Shown here: piece after piece, positions 40,297-51,024 of the stretch
Layout: the number at the start of each line of letters is the position of its first letter
Position numbering within the stretch: position 1 is the stretch's first letter
NCBI GenBank assembly: GCA_965262915.1
Contig: OZ253564.1
Location: 4,160,001 to 4,224,000, forward strand
DNA from: Candidatus Spongiisociaceae bacterium
GTDB taxonomy: Bacteria; Actinomycetota; Acidimicrobiia; Spongiisociales; Spongiisociaceae
DNA: 64,000 bases
Reading direction: 5' to 3'
Notes under the pieces: generated by a model
What the model was told of the DNA's origin: nothing
Seen by the model: only the letters and a program-made list of their open reading frames with translations
Database searches by the model: none
Position numbers and translations under genes: made by a program

Positions 40297-41671
40297 CGGC
40301 CGAATCCTCGATCAGGATCCCGATACCGGCCAGGTCGTCGCGGATGGCGTCGGCGCGGCCCCAGTCCCGGGCATCCCTGGCACGGCCCCGGACCTCCACC
40401 AAGCCGGCCACCACCATCTCGGCACTCCCGGCGCCCACTCCGTGGGCGGCCGCCAGACCGACCAGGCGCCCGGCCAGATCCTCCAACCCGGACCGGGCCA
40501 GATCGATTCCGAGCACACCGGCCATTTCGGCCACCGCCGCCGCCAAGGGACGGGCGTCCTGGCCACGGTCCAACCGGGCGTTGCCCTCCCGAACCGTCTC
40601 GAACAGCACGGCCAGCGCCCCGGCAGTGTTGAAATCGTCGTCCATGGCCCCGCCGAAACGCTCGATCGCCCCGGCATCCGGTACCGGGGCCGTCTCCGAA
40701 CGGCGTAGAAAGGCCCGCAGCCTGGCCAGGCTGGCCACCGCCTCGTCCAGCGACTCCTCGGAGAACTCGAGTGGCGACCGGTAGGCGGCCCTGAGGTAGA
40801 ACAGCCGCACGGCCGGACCCCCGTGTTGTTGGATGGCTTCGGCAAGATCGATGACGTGCCCGGTCGACTTCGAGAGCTTCTCGCCGCGCAGGTTCACCAT
40901 GCCGTTGTGCAACCAGTAGCGCACGAACCGGCGGCCCGAGGAACCCTCCGACTGGGCGATCTCGTTTTCGTGATGGGGGAAGATGAGGTCGGCGCCTCCG
41001 GCATGGATATCGAAGGGCGTGCCCAGGTACTTGGCCGACATGGCCGAGCACTCGATGTGCCACCCCGGCCGTCCCGGACCCCAGGGAGAAGGCCAGGCCG
41101 GCTCGCCGGGCTTGGCGGCCTTCCACAGGGCGAAGTCCAGCGGATCCTCCTTGTCCAGCCCGGGCTCGATGCGCGCTCCGGCTCGCAGTTCGTCGACGTT
41201 CCTTCCCGAAAGCTTCCCGTAGCCCTCCAGACGGCGAACCCTGAAGTAGACATCGCCCCCGCCGGGATAGGCCAGCCCTCGATCGATCAACCGGCGGATC
41301 ATCGCCAGCATCTCCGGTATGTGATCGGTGGCGGTGGGTTCCATGTCCGGGTCGAGAACATTGAGAAGCCGGTAACCGGTACGGAAGCGGTCTGCCATGT
41401 CACGGGCCAGCTCCTCGGGGGTAACCCCCAGGCGGGCGGCATTGGCGATGATCTTGTCGTCGACATCGGTGACGTTCTGGACGTACAGGACGTCCCATCC
41501 CCTCCACATGAGGTACCGGCGGATCACGTCGAAGACGACCGCGCACCTGCCGTGCCCGAGATGCGGTGCCGACTGGACGGTCGGACCGCACACGTAGACA
41601 CGCACCCGCCCATCTTCCAGCGGTTCGAAGGCCTGGCGCGTCCTGCCGAGGGTGTTGTAGACCGTGGTCAC
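40271..41671 (-). CDS. cysS: Cysteine-tRNA ligase
   Basis: YVCGPTV, HLGH, GRPGWHIECS, FPHHENE, KLSKS. Confidence 0.97.
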   Translation of the reverse strand: MTTVYNTLGRTRQAFEPLEDGRVRVYVCGPTVQSAPHLGHGRCAVVFDVIRRYLMWRGWDVLYVQNVTDVDDKIIANAARLGVTPEELARDMADRFRTGYRLLNVLDPDMEPTATDHIPEMLAMIRRLIDRGLAYPGGGDVYFRVRRLEGYGKLSGRNVDELRAGARIEPGLDKEDPLDFALWKAAKPGEPAWPSPWGPGRPGWHIECSAMSAKYLGTPFDIHAGGADLIFPHHENEIAQSEGSSGRRFVRYWLHNGMVNLRGEKLSKSTGHVIDLAEAIQQHGGPAVRLFYLRAAYRSPLEFSEESLDEAVASLARLRAFLRRSETAPVPDAGAIERFGGAMDDDFNTAGALAVLFETVREGNARLDRGQDARPLAAAVAEMAGVLGIDLARSGLEDLAGRLVGLAAAHGVGAGSAEMVVAGLVEVRGRARDARDWGRADAIRDDLAGIGILIEDSADGTRWYRR

Positions 41672-41803
41672 GGTGTTCTCCTCATCCGGCACGCGGCCAG
41701 CCGACGGGCACCGGTCGGGCACTCCTCACCGGTGTGGACGCCGGACACCCGGGAGGATCCGTCGCGTAGGGATGGGCAAGGCACTGAGCGGAAGGGTACC
41801 CGG

Positions 41804-42328
41804 TCAGGTCGATACACCCGAAGAGGCATCCGGGACCACCGGACCCTTCACCAGCAGCACCGCCGCCCACGCCGCGACGCCCTCACCGCGACCGGTGAAC
41901 CCCATCCCGTCGGTGGTGGTGGCCTTGACCGACACGCGAACCGGGTCGACGCCCAGGACCGCCGCCAAGCGGGTGCGCATCTCGCCACGATGCGGGGCTA
42001 CCCGCACCGTCTCCGCGATCACCGTGAGATCCACGTTCCCGACGGTCATCCCCTCGGACGCCGCGAGCCCGACCACACCCCTCAGCAAGTCCATGCTGTC
42101 GGCGCCCTCCCACCGTGCCTCCCCCGACGGGAAGAAGGTACCCATATCACCGAGAGCTGCGGCGCCCAGGACCGCGTCGGCGACCGCGTGGGCGGCGACG
42201 TCCCCATCCGAGGTTGCCTCCAGCCCGAGACTCCGGTCCACCACGACCCCGGCCAGCATCAGCGGGGGCGTCCGTCCGAGGCGGTGGGCATCGAAGCCCA
42301 GACCGATCAGGGGAATGCCTGCGCTCAT
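41804..42328 (-). CDS. ispF: 2-C-methyl-D-erythritol 2,4-cyclodiphosphate synthase
   Basis: IGLGFDAH, SDGDVAAHAVADA, SVKATTTDGMGFTGRGEG. Confidence 0.95.
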   Translation of the reverse strand: MSAGIPLIGLGFDAHRLGRTPPLMLAGVVVDRSLGLEATSDGDVAAHAVADAVLGAAALGDMGTFFPSGEARWEGADSMDLLRGVVGLAASEGMTVGNVDLTVIAETVRVAPHRGEMRTRLAAVLGVDPVRVSVKATTTDGMGFTGRGEGVAAWAAVLLVKGPVVPDASSGVST

Positions 42329-43029
42329 GGCAGCAGGCCCCTCGCAAGGCTCCGGACGAGAGCCTCGGCCAGCACCAGATCCTCGGGATAGGTGATCTTC
42401 ATGGCCGCGCGATCGCCCGGGACCGTCACCACGCGACCTCCGATCCCCTCGATCAAGGCGGCGTCGTCGGGCGCCCGATCGGATGGTGGGCCGGCCGCGA
42501 AGGCCGCGTGAGCCCGCCGGAGGACCGGGGCGCGGAATACCTGGGGCGTCTGGGCCCCCATGACCGCGGTCCGGCTCAGGGTCCTCAACACCCGGCCCTC
42601 CCCGACATTGAGGCGCTTGATGGAATCGGGGATCGGCACCACCGGGATCACTCCGTCCGCCCGCCTCTCCCGGAGAGCGGCGTACATCCGCGTGATCATC
42701 GCGGCTGGAGCGAGCGGCCGGGCGGCATCGTGGACAGCCACCACCGCCGCCCCCTCACCTACCCTGGCCAGGCCCTGGGCTACCGAGTTGTGCCGCTCGG
42801 GCCCGCCTTCGACGCCGCCCGGCACAGGACCGACCACCACCACCCGGTGGGCACCGCTGTCGAGGAGTGCATCCCTCGCCCATTCCCAGAGCGCCTTGCC
42901 GCCCAACTCGACTTCGTGCTTGGGCGCCCCGAAACGCGACCCGCTTCCCGCCGCCACCACTATTCCCCAGATCTGCTCCCCGCCGGTTACGGGTGACGAC
43001 CGTCTGCGATCGACCAGGCTAGCGGTCAC
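42325..43029 (-). CDS. ispD: 2-C-methyl-D-erythritol 4-phosphate cytidylyltransferase
   Basis: VAAGSGSRFG..K, VHDAARPL, AQTPQVF, KITYPEDL. Confidence 0.95.
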   Translation of the reverse strand: MTASLVDRRRSSPVTGGEQIWGIVVAAGSGSRFGAPKHEVELGGKALWEWARDALLDSGAHRVVVVGPVPGGVEGGPERHNSVAQGLARVGEGAAVVAVHDAARPLAPAAMITRMYAALRERRADGVIPVVPIPDSIKRLNVGEGRVLRTLSRTAVMGAQTPQVFRAPVLRRAHAAFAAGPPSDRAPDDAALIEGIGGRVVTVPGDRAAMKITYPEDLVLAEALVRSLARGLLP

Positions 43030-43292
43030 CGATCAGACCGTCGCCGGGGGGTACTGAGAAACGGTTGAAATAGTTGGCCCGTCATCCGCTTAAGAGGGTG
43101 CGCGGATAGGCGGACCGTGACCGCCCCTGTCAATGAACCTACCCGGCTCCAGCTCGAAGAACCCCAGGTCATCGCTGTGTACTCATCAACGGTCGTACTC
43201 GGTGTTTCCCCAGGTGAGCACCTATCCGCGCACTCTCTAAGTGGCATTCTGTCATCGACCGTCGAGCCAGCGGGGGGTTTATCAGCACCCTC

Positions 43293-44192
43293 CTATGCCT
43301 CGGAGTCCTCCGGCTTGGGGAGCACGCGATCGAGACGGCTGGTGGCTTCCTCGGTGTCGACGCCGAAGGCGAACTCGAGCTCGCTGATGAGTGTCACCCG
43401 CGCCCTGGAGAGCATCCGCTTCAACGCCGGCGAGATGCCTTTGACGATCTGGGCATGGGTCAGGTCACGGACGACCTCTGCCACCTGGTGTATATCCCCC
43501 GACGTCATCTTCTCGTTCAGGACCTTGTACCAGCGACTCCAGTTTTTACCCGCGGCCTGGGGATCCTCCTTGAAGATACGCAGAACCTTCCCGGCCGCCG
43601 TCTTCGAGATCACAGGCCTGATGGTCTGGTCGATCGTGTCCACCGGCACGAATACGGCGAGCTGCTCGGTGGCGATCTGGAGCACGAAATAGCTCCGGGT
43701 CTCACCGACTATCTCCTGATCAACCCGCTTGGTTATGACAGCCGCACCGTGATGAGGGTGCACCACCTTGTCTCCCACCTTGAACGAGGTCGGCCTCCTG
43801 GCGCCCGCCGCCCGGGATCTCGAAGCTCTGGATCTGGCGACCGATCTCTTGGCAGGCGCTCGCCTGGCAGGCGCCCTCTTGGCAGGCGCTCGCTTGGCGC
43901 GCGGCTTCTTGGCTGCCGGCTTCTTGGCCGCCGGCTTCTTGGCCGCCGGCTTCTTGGCCGCCGGTTTCTTGGCCGCCGGTTTCTTGGCCGCCGGCTTCTT
44001 GGCTGCCGGTTTCTTGGCTGCCGGTTTCTTGGCTGCCGGTTTCTGGGCCGTCCGGGATGCGGGCATCTGGTCGGCCGGATCGGCGGACCGGTCGTCGACG
44101 GTGCTCGTCACCGCCGGTTCGGTGACCACCGAAGGCTTGGCGGAACTGCTTTGGGAGTCTTGGGAAGGCTGTTTAGCTGGGGTCTCGATCAT
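43293..44192 (-). CDS. carD: CarD/CdnL RNA-polymerase-binding factor with long N-terminal PAAKK-repeat extension
   Basis: [30 protein letters not shown]; canonical disA-carD-ispD synteny; start uncertain (44192 or 44066). Confidence 0.9.
   Translation of the reverse strand: MIETPAKQPSQDSQSSSAKPSVVTEPAVTSTVDDRSADPADQMPASRTAQKPAAKKPAAKKPAAKKPAAKKPAAKKPAAKKPAAKKPAAKKPAAKKPRAKRAPAKRAPARRAPAKRSVARSRASRSRAAGARRPTSFKVGDKVVHPHHGAAVITKRVDQEIVGETRSYFVLQIATEQLAVFVPVDTIDQTIRPVISKTAAGKVLRIFKEDPQAAGKNWSRWYKVLNEKMTSGDIHQVAEVVRDLTHAQIVKGISPALKRMLSRARVTLISELEFAFGVDTEEATSRLDRVLPKPEDSEA
43900..44045 (-). repeat. 15-bp tandem repeat encoding (KPAAK)n, about 9 units
   Basis: TTCTTGGC(C/T)GCCGG(C/T) iterated on the + strand. 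Confidence 0.92.
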
Positions 44193-44295
44193 CGAGATCG
44201 AGTTTACCGGATCGTAGCCATCTAGGGGAATGCTGGACGATGACGATCGCGGTTGGCGCGTTGCCCGCCCACCTGGTTGAGCGATGGGCCCGGAG

Positions 44296-45354
44296 TCAGC
44301 GCTCCGAATCGGGCTGGCGGTATTGCCGCTCGACCTGATCGAGATAACGCCGGAGTGACCGCGCCCGGGCCTCACCCACGCCGGACACCATGCTCAACTC
44401 CGCCATGGAGGACGCCAGGATCTTGTCAACGTCCCGGAAGTGTCCCACCAGGGCCTCGCAGGCCGATCGAGGCAGGCCCGGCGTATTGCTGACGAGCCGG
44501 TACCCCATCGGCCGGGCCTCGGTACCCGCACGCCCCAGCCCCAGCATCCGGCACAACCGATCGGTGTCGTACAGATCTTCCAGCGGCGTGGTCTCCAGCC
44601 CTCGGAACGTCTCGGCCACTTGGTCCCCGTTCTCGTGCAGGTAGTCGCGGCCAACCTGTTCCCGCATCTCCATCACCCCTACCACCAGATCGGCATGCTG
44701 GAGATCGACCATCCGCCGCTCCTTACCCAGGCCGACGGCCAGGCGCCCGACCCGCTCACCAATACGGCGTAACAGTTCGGTCCGCTGGAGCACCGTCATC
44801 GCGTCACCAAACGTCGCCTGGTCGTTGATCTCCAACCGGGTGAGATTCTCCTCCGCCTCCCTCAACCGGCGCCGGAAACGCTCGAGGGTCTGGAACTCCT
44901 GGTTGATACGCACGAGCAGTTCGGAAGGATTGCGGAGTCGGTGCTTCCGGTCCCCGTAGAACAGGATCCCCTGGCCGCGTTCCTCGCTGACTGCCACGAT
45001 CGGCCGATGGGTCATCCGGGCCATCCGCTCCGCGGTGCGGAAGCGGGCGCCCGTCTCGTCGGTGGTGATGGCGGGATCGGGAAGGAGATGCACGTTGGCG
45101 CCCACGATCCTGGTTCCGGAGTCGTCGAGGATGATGGCGCCGTCCATCTTGGCCAGTTCGGCGAGGCGGGCCGGGGTAAACCCGCTATCCTCAAGGCTGA
45201 ACCCACCGCTGCTGACGGACTCGATCTCGGGACCCGAGCCGATCACTACCAGCGCTCCGTTACCTTGGTGAACTATCCGCTCCAATGCGGCACGAAGCCC
45301 CGTGCCGGGGGCGACCCGCGACAAGACTTCGAGGAAATGGACCCGTTCAGTCAT
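44296..45354 (-). CDS. disA: DNA integrity scanning diadenylate cyclase
   Basis: APGTGLR, ELAKMDGAIIL, ETGARFRTAER, C-terminal HhH VSGVGEARAR. Confidence 0.93.
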   Translation of the reverse strand: MTERVHFLEVLSRVAPGTGLRAALERIVHQGNGALVVIGSGPEIESVSSGGFSLEDSGFTPARLAELAKMDGAIILDDSGTRIVGANVHLLPDPAITTDETGARFRTAERMARMTHRPIVAVSEERGQGILFYGDRKHRLRNPSELLVRINQEFQTLERFRRRLREAEENLTRLEINDQATFGDAMTVLQRTELLRRIGERVGRLAVGLGKERRMVDLQHADLVVGVMEMREQVGRDYLHENGDQVAETFRGLETTPLEDLYDTDRLCRMLGLGRAGTEARPMGYRLVSNTPGLPRSACEALVGHFRDVDKILASSMAELSMVSGVGEARARSLRRYLDQVERQYRQPDSER

Positions 45355-45609
45355 CGGTCCATCAGGCTAACGAGATTCGGGCGTAGGTGTCACTTCGAGA
45401 AGGGGTTGCAGTGAAGGCCCGCTCACCGGCGACTGCGGGCCCTCAACACTCGGTACAGCCCGACGCCCACGAGGATGAGCAACCCGATCCCCGCCAGCTC
45501 CGATGACATGGTCCACGGCTCGGCCGTTCGGATAGCTTCCAACTGCACCACCACAGATTGCCCAACTATCATCGCTGTGAGATTAGCGGCAATCAGGGAA
45601 GGCGCGGGC

Positions 45610-46509
45610 TTGAGCGATCGAAACCGAGGTGGATCGCGGGACGATCCATTGGACGACATCGACTTCGAGGAGTTCGAGCTCACGGAGCCCGAGAACTGGG
45701 ACGATGTAGAGGAGTACCGGCCATACGAGTCCCCGGGAGCGATTCTGACCTGCCCATCCTGCGGCGTCGGACAGAACGCCACGAACCGCCATTGCGAGCA
45801 GTGCGGAGCAAGGTTGGGCCAGCAGAGGATCGCGGTGGCGGCGCCACCCCTCCGCACCGTCAGCGCAGGTGGCCGGGCTCTGGGAATATTCCTGGCGGTG
45901 ATCGCCCTCGTAGTGGTCGCGGCGCTGGTCTATCCGGCTATCCGGGGCGACGACGAGACTGCCACGGTCTCGGAGCTGGAAGGAGGGACCACGACGACAA
46001 CACCTATAACGGCCACGACGCGGCCTCCGCTCGAGGAGATCACTCCCATCTCCATCAACTGTTCGAGCGAATACAACTCCAACCTCGGGTGCGATAACCT
46101 GATCGACGGCGAGGACACCTACTGGAACGACGAGAGCCTGCGGGGTGAGGATGCCCGTATAGCGGTCACCTTCGTGAACCCGGTAGCCCTCGAACAGGTC
46201 CAGATCATCAATGTCGCCAACGAGGAGAAGTTCCGCCGTAACTACCGGGTCAAGGCAGTGGAGATCTATGCGAACGATCTCCCCGGAGTACCGTTCGTGG
46301 GAGATTTACCCGATACGAACAACCGGCCACACGCAATAGAGACGGACACCAACCACACGTTGGAGCTCGAGATCCGGGTGACATCCACATGGTCCTCCGA
46401 GGCTCTCGCCGGGAACCAGGCATTCGATGAGCTGGCCATCGAGGAGATCAAGTTCTGGGGCCGCGTGCAGAGTTCCACGCCGCTGGAGAGCACCACCACC
46501 TCCGGGTGA
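45610..46509 (+). CDS. Zinc-ribbon + TM + discoidin/glycan-binding-like domain protein
   Basis: CPSCG...CEQCG, TM helix, Thr linker, NLIDGEDTYW...LAIEEIKFWG; start uncertain. Confidence 0.8.
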   Translation: MSDRNRGGSRDDPLDDIDFEEFELTEPENWDDVEEYRPYESPGAILTCPSCGVGQNATNRHCEQCGARLGQQRIAVAAPPLRTVSAGGRALGIFLAVIALVVVAALVYPAIRGDDETATVSELEGGTTTTTPITATTRPPLEEITPISINCSSEYNSNLGCDNLIDGEDTYWNDESLRGEDARIAVTFVNPVALEQVQIINVANEEKFRRNYRVKAVEIYANDLPGVPFVGDLPDTNNRPHAIETDTNHTLELEIRVTSTWSSEALAGNQAFDELAIEEIKFWGRVQSSTPLESTTTSG

Positions 46510-47729
46510 TGCCCGCGTTCTTCGATCCCTCCGATCCCGACTTCATAGCCGATCCCTATCCGACCCTCAACGCCCTGCGCGAGGCAGGACCGTTGCACCG
46601 CGATGCCGAGTGGAACCTGTGGCTGGTGACCCGATTCAGAGATGTGCGAGCGGTCCAGCTCGACAGGCGCCTGGGAAGGGTGAAGCAGGGATACGCTCTC
46701 CCCACCGACCTTCGTCCGATCCGTGAACTGGGGCTGGAAGGATGGGAACCGTATTATCGGGTGGAGCGTCACTCCCTGCTGATGCTGGAACCGCCGGAAC
46801 ACACCCGGCTCCGGTCGCTGGTGAATCGGGCATTCACCCCCAGACGGGTGCGGGAGTTGAGGACACCCGTGACCTCAATCGCCGATTCCCTGCTGGACGG
46901 CCTTCGCGACCGATCGACCTTCGACCTCCTCGCCGATTACGCTCAGCCCTACTCGGTCCGGGTGATAGCCACGCTGCTCGGCGCCCCGGTCGACGACGCC
47001 GACCTCCTTGCAGACTGGTCGCACGCCATCGTGAAGATGTACGAACTCCACACGACGCCCGTCCAGGCGCAAGCCGCCATCGATGCCTCTCGACAGTTCG
47101 CCGACTGGACCACCGCTCTCATCGCCGCTCGCCGGGCCGATCCCCGGGACGATCTCATAACCGCGCTGTGCTTCGCAGAAACGGCCCAGGGGACGCTTAC
47201 CGACGCCGAGATCATCTCCACCGTAGTCCTCCTGCTCAATGCCGGACATGAAGCCACTGTGAACACGATGGGCAACGGGATCGTCGCCGCCATGCAAAAC
47301 GGCGGCGCCTGGCGGCAACTAGCCGATCGCGCCGTTCTGCCCGGGGTGGCCATCGAGGAGATGATGCGCTTCGACCCCCCGCTCCAGCTCTTCGAGCGGT
47401 ACGTGCTCCGGGAGGGGGTGGAGATAGCAGGCACCCCCATCCCGCCGGGCGACAAGGTGGCCATGTTGTTCGGATCGGCCAATCGCGACCCGCGGAGGTT
47501 CGAGGCGCCCGATGAGTTCCGTATCGGTCGGGGTGACCCGGACCACATAACCTTCGGCGCGGGGGTCCACTTCTGCCTGGGGGCGCCCCTCGCCCGCCTC
47601 GAACTCGAGATCGCCCTCGACCGACTGACGGCGGCCTTCCCCGACGCCATCCTCGCCGGCCGACCCAGGCGAGAGGACGGGTTCGTCATCCGCGGCTACC
47701 GGACGGTCGAACTCTCACCGTTCGGATAG
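46509..47729 (+). CDS. Cytochrome P450
   Basis: AGHEAT (I helix), EEMMR (ExxR), FGAGVHFCLG heme ligand. Confidence 0.96.
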   Translation: MPAFFDPSDPDFIADPYPTLNALREAGPLHRDAEWNLWLVTRFRDVRAVQLDRRLGRVKQGYALPTDLRPIRELGLEGWEPYYRVERHSLLMLEPPEHTRLRSLVNRAFTPRRVRELRTPVTSIADSLLDGLRDRSTFDLLADYAQPYSVRVIATLLGAPVDDADLLADWSHAIVKMYELHTTPVQAQAAIDASRQFADWTTALIAARRADPRDDLITALCFAETAQGTLTDAEIISTVVLLLNAGHEATVNTMGNGIVAAMQNGGAWRQLADRAVLPGVAIEEMMRFDPPLQLFERYVLREGVEIAGTPIPPGDKVAMLFGSANRDPRRFEAPDEFRIGRGDPDHITFGAGVHFCLGAPLARLELEIALDRLTAAFPDAILAGRPRREDGFVIRGYRTVELSPFG

Positions 47730-47736
47730 TTGCCCT

Positions 47737-48693
47737 ATGGCTTCGGCTGGGAAAGAACTTCCCATGGCTTCGGTAGCGGTGCTCGGTTCGTTCAACATGG
47801 ACCTCGTTGTCCAAGCCGACCACCTGCCCCGGCCCGGCCGGACGGTGCTCGGCCGGTCCTTCCACCGCGGCCCGGGAGGTAAGGGATCCAACCAGGCGAT
47901 TGCCGCACGCCGTCTGGGCGCGGACGTCAGCTTCATCGGCGCGGTAGGCGATGACGACTTCGGCCGCGCCGCACGCCGTCTTCTCGAGGCTGAAGGCGTG
48001 GACACCGCCGGCCTTGCCACCGTCGGCTCCCCGACCGGAGTAGCCCTGATCGTGGTGGACACCGACGGAGAGAACCAGATCGCCGTGGCGCCCGGCGCCA
48101 ACTCGCGGATAACCCCGGGGATGGTCGTGGGTTACAAGTCCGCCATAGCGAATGCCGACGTGCTGCTGGCCCAGCTCGAAACCCCGCTGGACGCCTTCCT
48201 GGCCGCGGCCAGGATCGCTCGGGCTCACGGGACGGTAGTGATACTCAACCCCGCACCTGCGATGCAACTACCCGAGCGGGTATGGGCGCTCACGGATGTC
48301 CTGACCCCGAACCAGCACGAAATATTGGAGCTGTTCGGGAGTCGAAAGGTCGAGCCGGCTATGTTCGAGCACCGGCGGTCGCGCCTCGAACTCATAGTCA
48401 CCCGCGGTCGGGAAGGCGCAGCGTGGATCGGTGCCACCGGAACGCGGACCTACCTTGCCTTCCCCGCCCAGGCCATCGACACTACCGGGGCCGGAGACGC
48501 CTTCAACGCCGGCTTGGCCGTCGGCATCGCAGAGGAAGGGATCGAGGCCGGGATCGTCCTGGGGCTGCGCGCCGGGGCGTTCGCAGTCACGCGTATCGGG
48601 GTTCTCGACGGCTTGGCAACCCGTGCCGAACTTGACTCGGTGTTCCCGACGCCTCATCCACTTTCCGGGAGTCCCGAGAGGAGCACATCATGA
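47737..48693 (+). CDS. rbsK: Ribokinase
   Basis: GSFNMDLV, GGKGSNQA, NPAPA, DTTGAGDAF. Confidence 0.92.
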   Translation: MASAGKELPMASVAVLGSFNMDLVVQADHLPRPGRTVLGRSFHRGPGGKGSNQAIAARRLGADVSFIGAVGDDDFGRAARRLLEAEGVDTAGLATVGSPTGVALIVVDTDGENQIAVAPGANSRITPGMVVGYKSAIANADVLLAQLETPLDAFLAAARIARAHGTVVILNPAPAMQLPERVWALTDVLTPNQHEILELFGSRKVEPAMFEHRRSRLELIVTRGREGAAWIGATGTRTYLAFPAQAIDTTGAGDAFNAGLAVGIAEEGIEAGIVLGLRAGAFAVTRIGVLDGLATRAELDSVFPTPHPLSGSPERSTS

Positions 48694-49622
48694 CCGTACG
48701 AATGGTGATCGACACTGATACCGCCTCGGACGACGCGGTCGCCCTGGCTATGGCGTTGCGGCATCCACGAGTGGAGGTGGTGGCCATCACGACGGTGGCC
48801 GGCAACTGCCCGGTCGACCAGTCGACCCGCAACGCCCTGTACACGGCGGAGTTGTGCGGCGCCGATGTCCCGGTGTACCAGGGTGCGGCAGGCCCGCTAC
48901 TGGTAGGCGCTCGCTTCGCTACCTGGTTCCACGGCAAGGACGGGCTGGGTGACCAGGGATACCCACCTCCGGAACGGGAGCCCGAGGCTGCCGATGCCAC
49001 GACGGCGCTCGTAGCCACTATCCGCGCCAACCCCGGATTGACCCTCGTGACCCTGGGCCCGTTGACCAACATCGTGATGGCTCTTCGGCAGGCCCCCGAC
49101 ATCGTCGACCTCGTGGGTAGGTGCGTGGTGATGGGGGGAACCGTGAATGCCGTCGGCAACGTGACCCCCGCCGCCGAGTTCAACCTCTGGTTCGATCCGC
49201 ACGCGGCCCGTGCCGTGTTCGCATCCGGCCTCCCCATCGAAATGGCGCCTTGGGAGCTCTGCCGGGGTGAGGCCGGCTTCGACCGGGAGGAGAAGGACGC
49301 CCTCAAAGCACTGGAGACTCCCCTCGCCCATTTCTTCGTGGACTGCAATGCCACCGCCGTCGAAGCCGCTCGGAGGCAGTCCGGAACCAACCGGATGGAA
49401 CTACCCGATCCCACCGCCATGGCGATCGCCCTGGACAGGGACTCCGTGGTCACCCATGCCACCCGGCACCATGTCGAGGTGGAAGCCGACAGCCCGCTGA
49501 CAAGGGGAATGTCGGTGGTCGACTCCCTGGATGTCACCGGCGAGCCCCCCAACACTGAAGTGGTGCGGGCCATAGACACGCGTCGCTTCAAGCAGATGGT
49601 GTTCGAGGCGGCCCGTAGCTAG
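48690..49622 (+). CDS. Nucleoside hydrolase (IU-NH family)
   Basis: IDTDTASDDAVA, HGKDGLG, LGPLTN, AEFNLWFDP. Confidence 0.94.
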   Translation: MTVRMVIDTDTASDDAVALAMALRHPRVEVVAITTVAGNCPVDQSTRNALYTAELCGADVPVYQGAAGPLLVGARFATWFHGKDGLGDQGYPPPEREPEAADATTALVATIRANPGLTLVTLGPLTNIVMALRQAPDIVDLVGRCVVMGGTVNAVGNVTPAAEFNLWFDPHAARAVFASGLPIEMAPWELCRGEAGFDREEKDALKALETPLAHFFVDCNATAVEAARRQSGTNRMELPDPTAMAIALDRDSVVTHATRHHVEVEADSPLTRGMSVVDSLDVTGEPPNTEVVRAIDTRRFKQMVFEAARS

Positions 49623-49702
49623 CCCCAATTCTTCATGGGGTTGGTGGTGGGGGTGGGTGCCGGTTGCCGGTTATCTGTTTGCAGTACTTTGGAATCCAAT
49701 AC

Positions 49703-49737
49703 GGCACCTGGCACCTGGCACCTGGCACCTGGCACCC
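49703..49737 (+). repeat. (GGCACCT)n heptamer tract, about 5 units
   Basis: Direct reading; between convergent genes. Confidence 0.9.
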
Positions 49738-49740
49738 GAC

Positions 49741-51024
49741 CTAGCTCTCGCCCTTCCGGAACGGGAGGCCGTCGGCGGCGGGGGGACGGAGGCGGGAGGT
49801 GGCGAACAACAACACCACCAGCACCGCTATGTGGGGTGTGATAGCGGGGAGCTGGTTGGGAACACCGGTCGAGTTGGCGTACCAGAACCCGACGGCAACG
49901 GCGACGATCACCAGCTGCAGGGTGCCCAGGCGGCCACTCCGGCGGAGGAGGCGCCACAGGATGAGCAGGCCGACGGCGATGGCGACCAGCAGGAGGAGCG
50001 CGTGGGCGGCGTTCTCGTCCCGCAGCCGCAGGGTCTCGGTGAAGCCGAAGAGGATTGCACCGCGCGCGGTACCGATCGGGTTCCAGTTGCCGAAGATCAT
50101 GGTGGCCAGTCCGATGTAGCCCTTCCCCTGGGTCTGGCCCTCCTTGTAGAGACCCGATAGCTGGATGGCCAGGAAGCCACCGCCCAACCCGGCCAGGGCT
50201 CCGCTGATCATCACTCCGTAGTACTTGTACTTGTACACATTGACGCCCAGCGAGTCGGCGGCGTGGGGATGCTCGCCGCAACTCCGCAACCTCAGACCGA
50301 ACCGGGTCCGCCACAGCACGAAGATGGACAGCGGAATGATGAGATAGGCGATCAGCGTCAACCACGACATCTGGAACATGAAACCCCGCAGGATCCCGGC
50401 GAGATCCGATAGCCAGAACACCTCTCCCCGTTCGATGGCCCCCAGGAGGTCGGGACTCTTCCAGCCGAACATGGTTCCGCCCGCCAGGATCGGGAGGGCG
50501 AAATCGCTCACGCCGGTGATGGTGGGCGACTGGGTGATCGACCCGCCCCGGTCGGAGAAATGCAGGTCGGACAGGAAGCGGGTCAGCCCGGGCGCCATGA
50601 GGTTGATGGCCACCCCGGCAACGATGTGATCCACGTTGAAACCGACCGCCGCCACCGCCATCATCAGACCGCCCACACCGCCCGCGACGGCCGCCAGCAG
50701 CATCCCGAACCAGGGCCCGCCGATCATCGTCCCGAAAGCCCCGAACCAGGTCCCCAGGATCAGCATGCCCTCGAGACCGATGTTGACCACTCCGGATCGT
50801 TCGGAGAACAACCCGCCCAATCCGGCCATGAGGATCGGGACCGACCAAGCCAGGGCTATCGACCATGTTCCGCTCGAGGTCAGATCGTCGGTGGCCTGCT
50901 TGGCGAACAGTTGGGTAGCGGCGAGCAGGAGGACCGCACCCAGGCCGTAGACGAGCCAGCGGCGCCTCCCCTGCCGGAGGATTGTCCGGAGGCTGATCAT
51001 CGGTCGCTCGCGCACAATGCTCAC
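49741..51024 (-). CDS. Nucleoside/sugar ABC permease
   Basis: SERSGVVNIGLEG, TRFGLRLRSCGEHP, GKGYIGLA. Confidence 0.92.
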   Translation of the reverse strand: MSIVRERPMISLRTILRQGRRRWLVYGLGAVLLLAATQLFAKQATDDLTSSGTWSIALAWSVPILMAGLGGLFSERSGVVNIGLEGMLILGTWFGAFGTMIGGPWFGMLLAAVAGGVGGLMMAVAAVGFNVDHIVAGVAINLMAPGLTRFLSDLHFSDRGGSITQSPTITGVSDFALPILAGGTMFGWKSPDLLGAIERGEVFWLSDLAGILRGFMFQMSWLTLIAYLIIPLSIFVLWRTRFGLRLRSCGEHPHAADSLGVNVYKYKYYGVMISGALAGLGGGFLAIQLSGLYKEGQTQGKGYIGLATMIFGNWNPIGTARGAILFGFTETLRLRDENAAHALLLLVAIAVGLLILWRLLRRSGRLGTLQLVIVAVAVGFWYANSTGVPNQLPAITPHIAVLVVLLFATSRLRPPAADGLPFRKGES

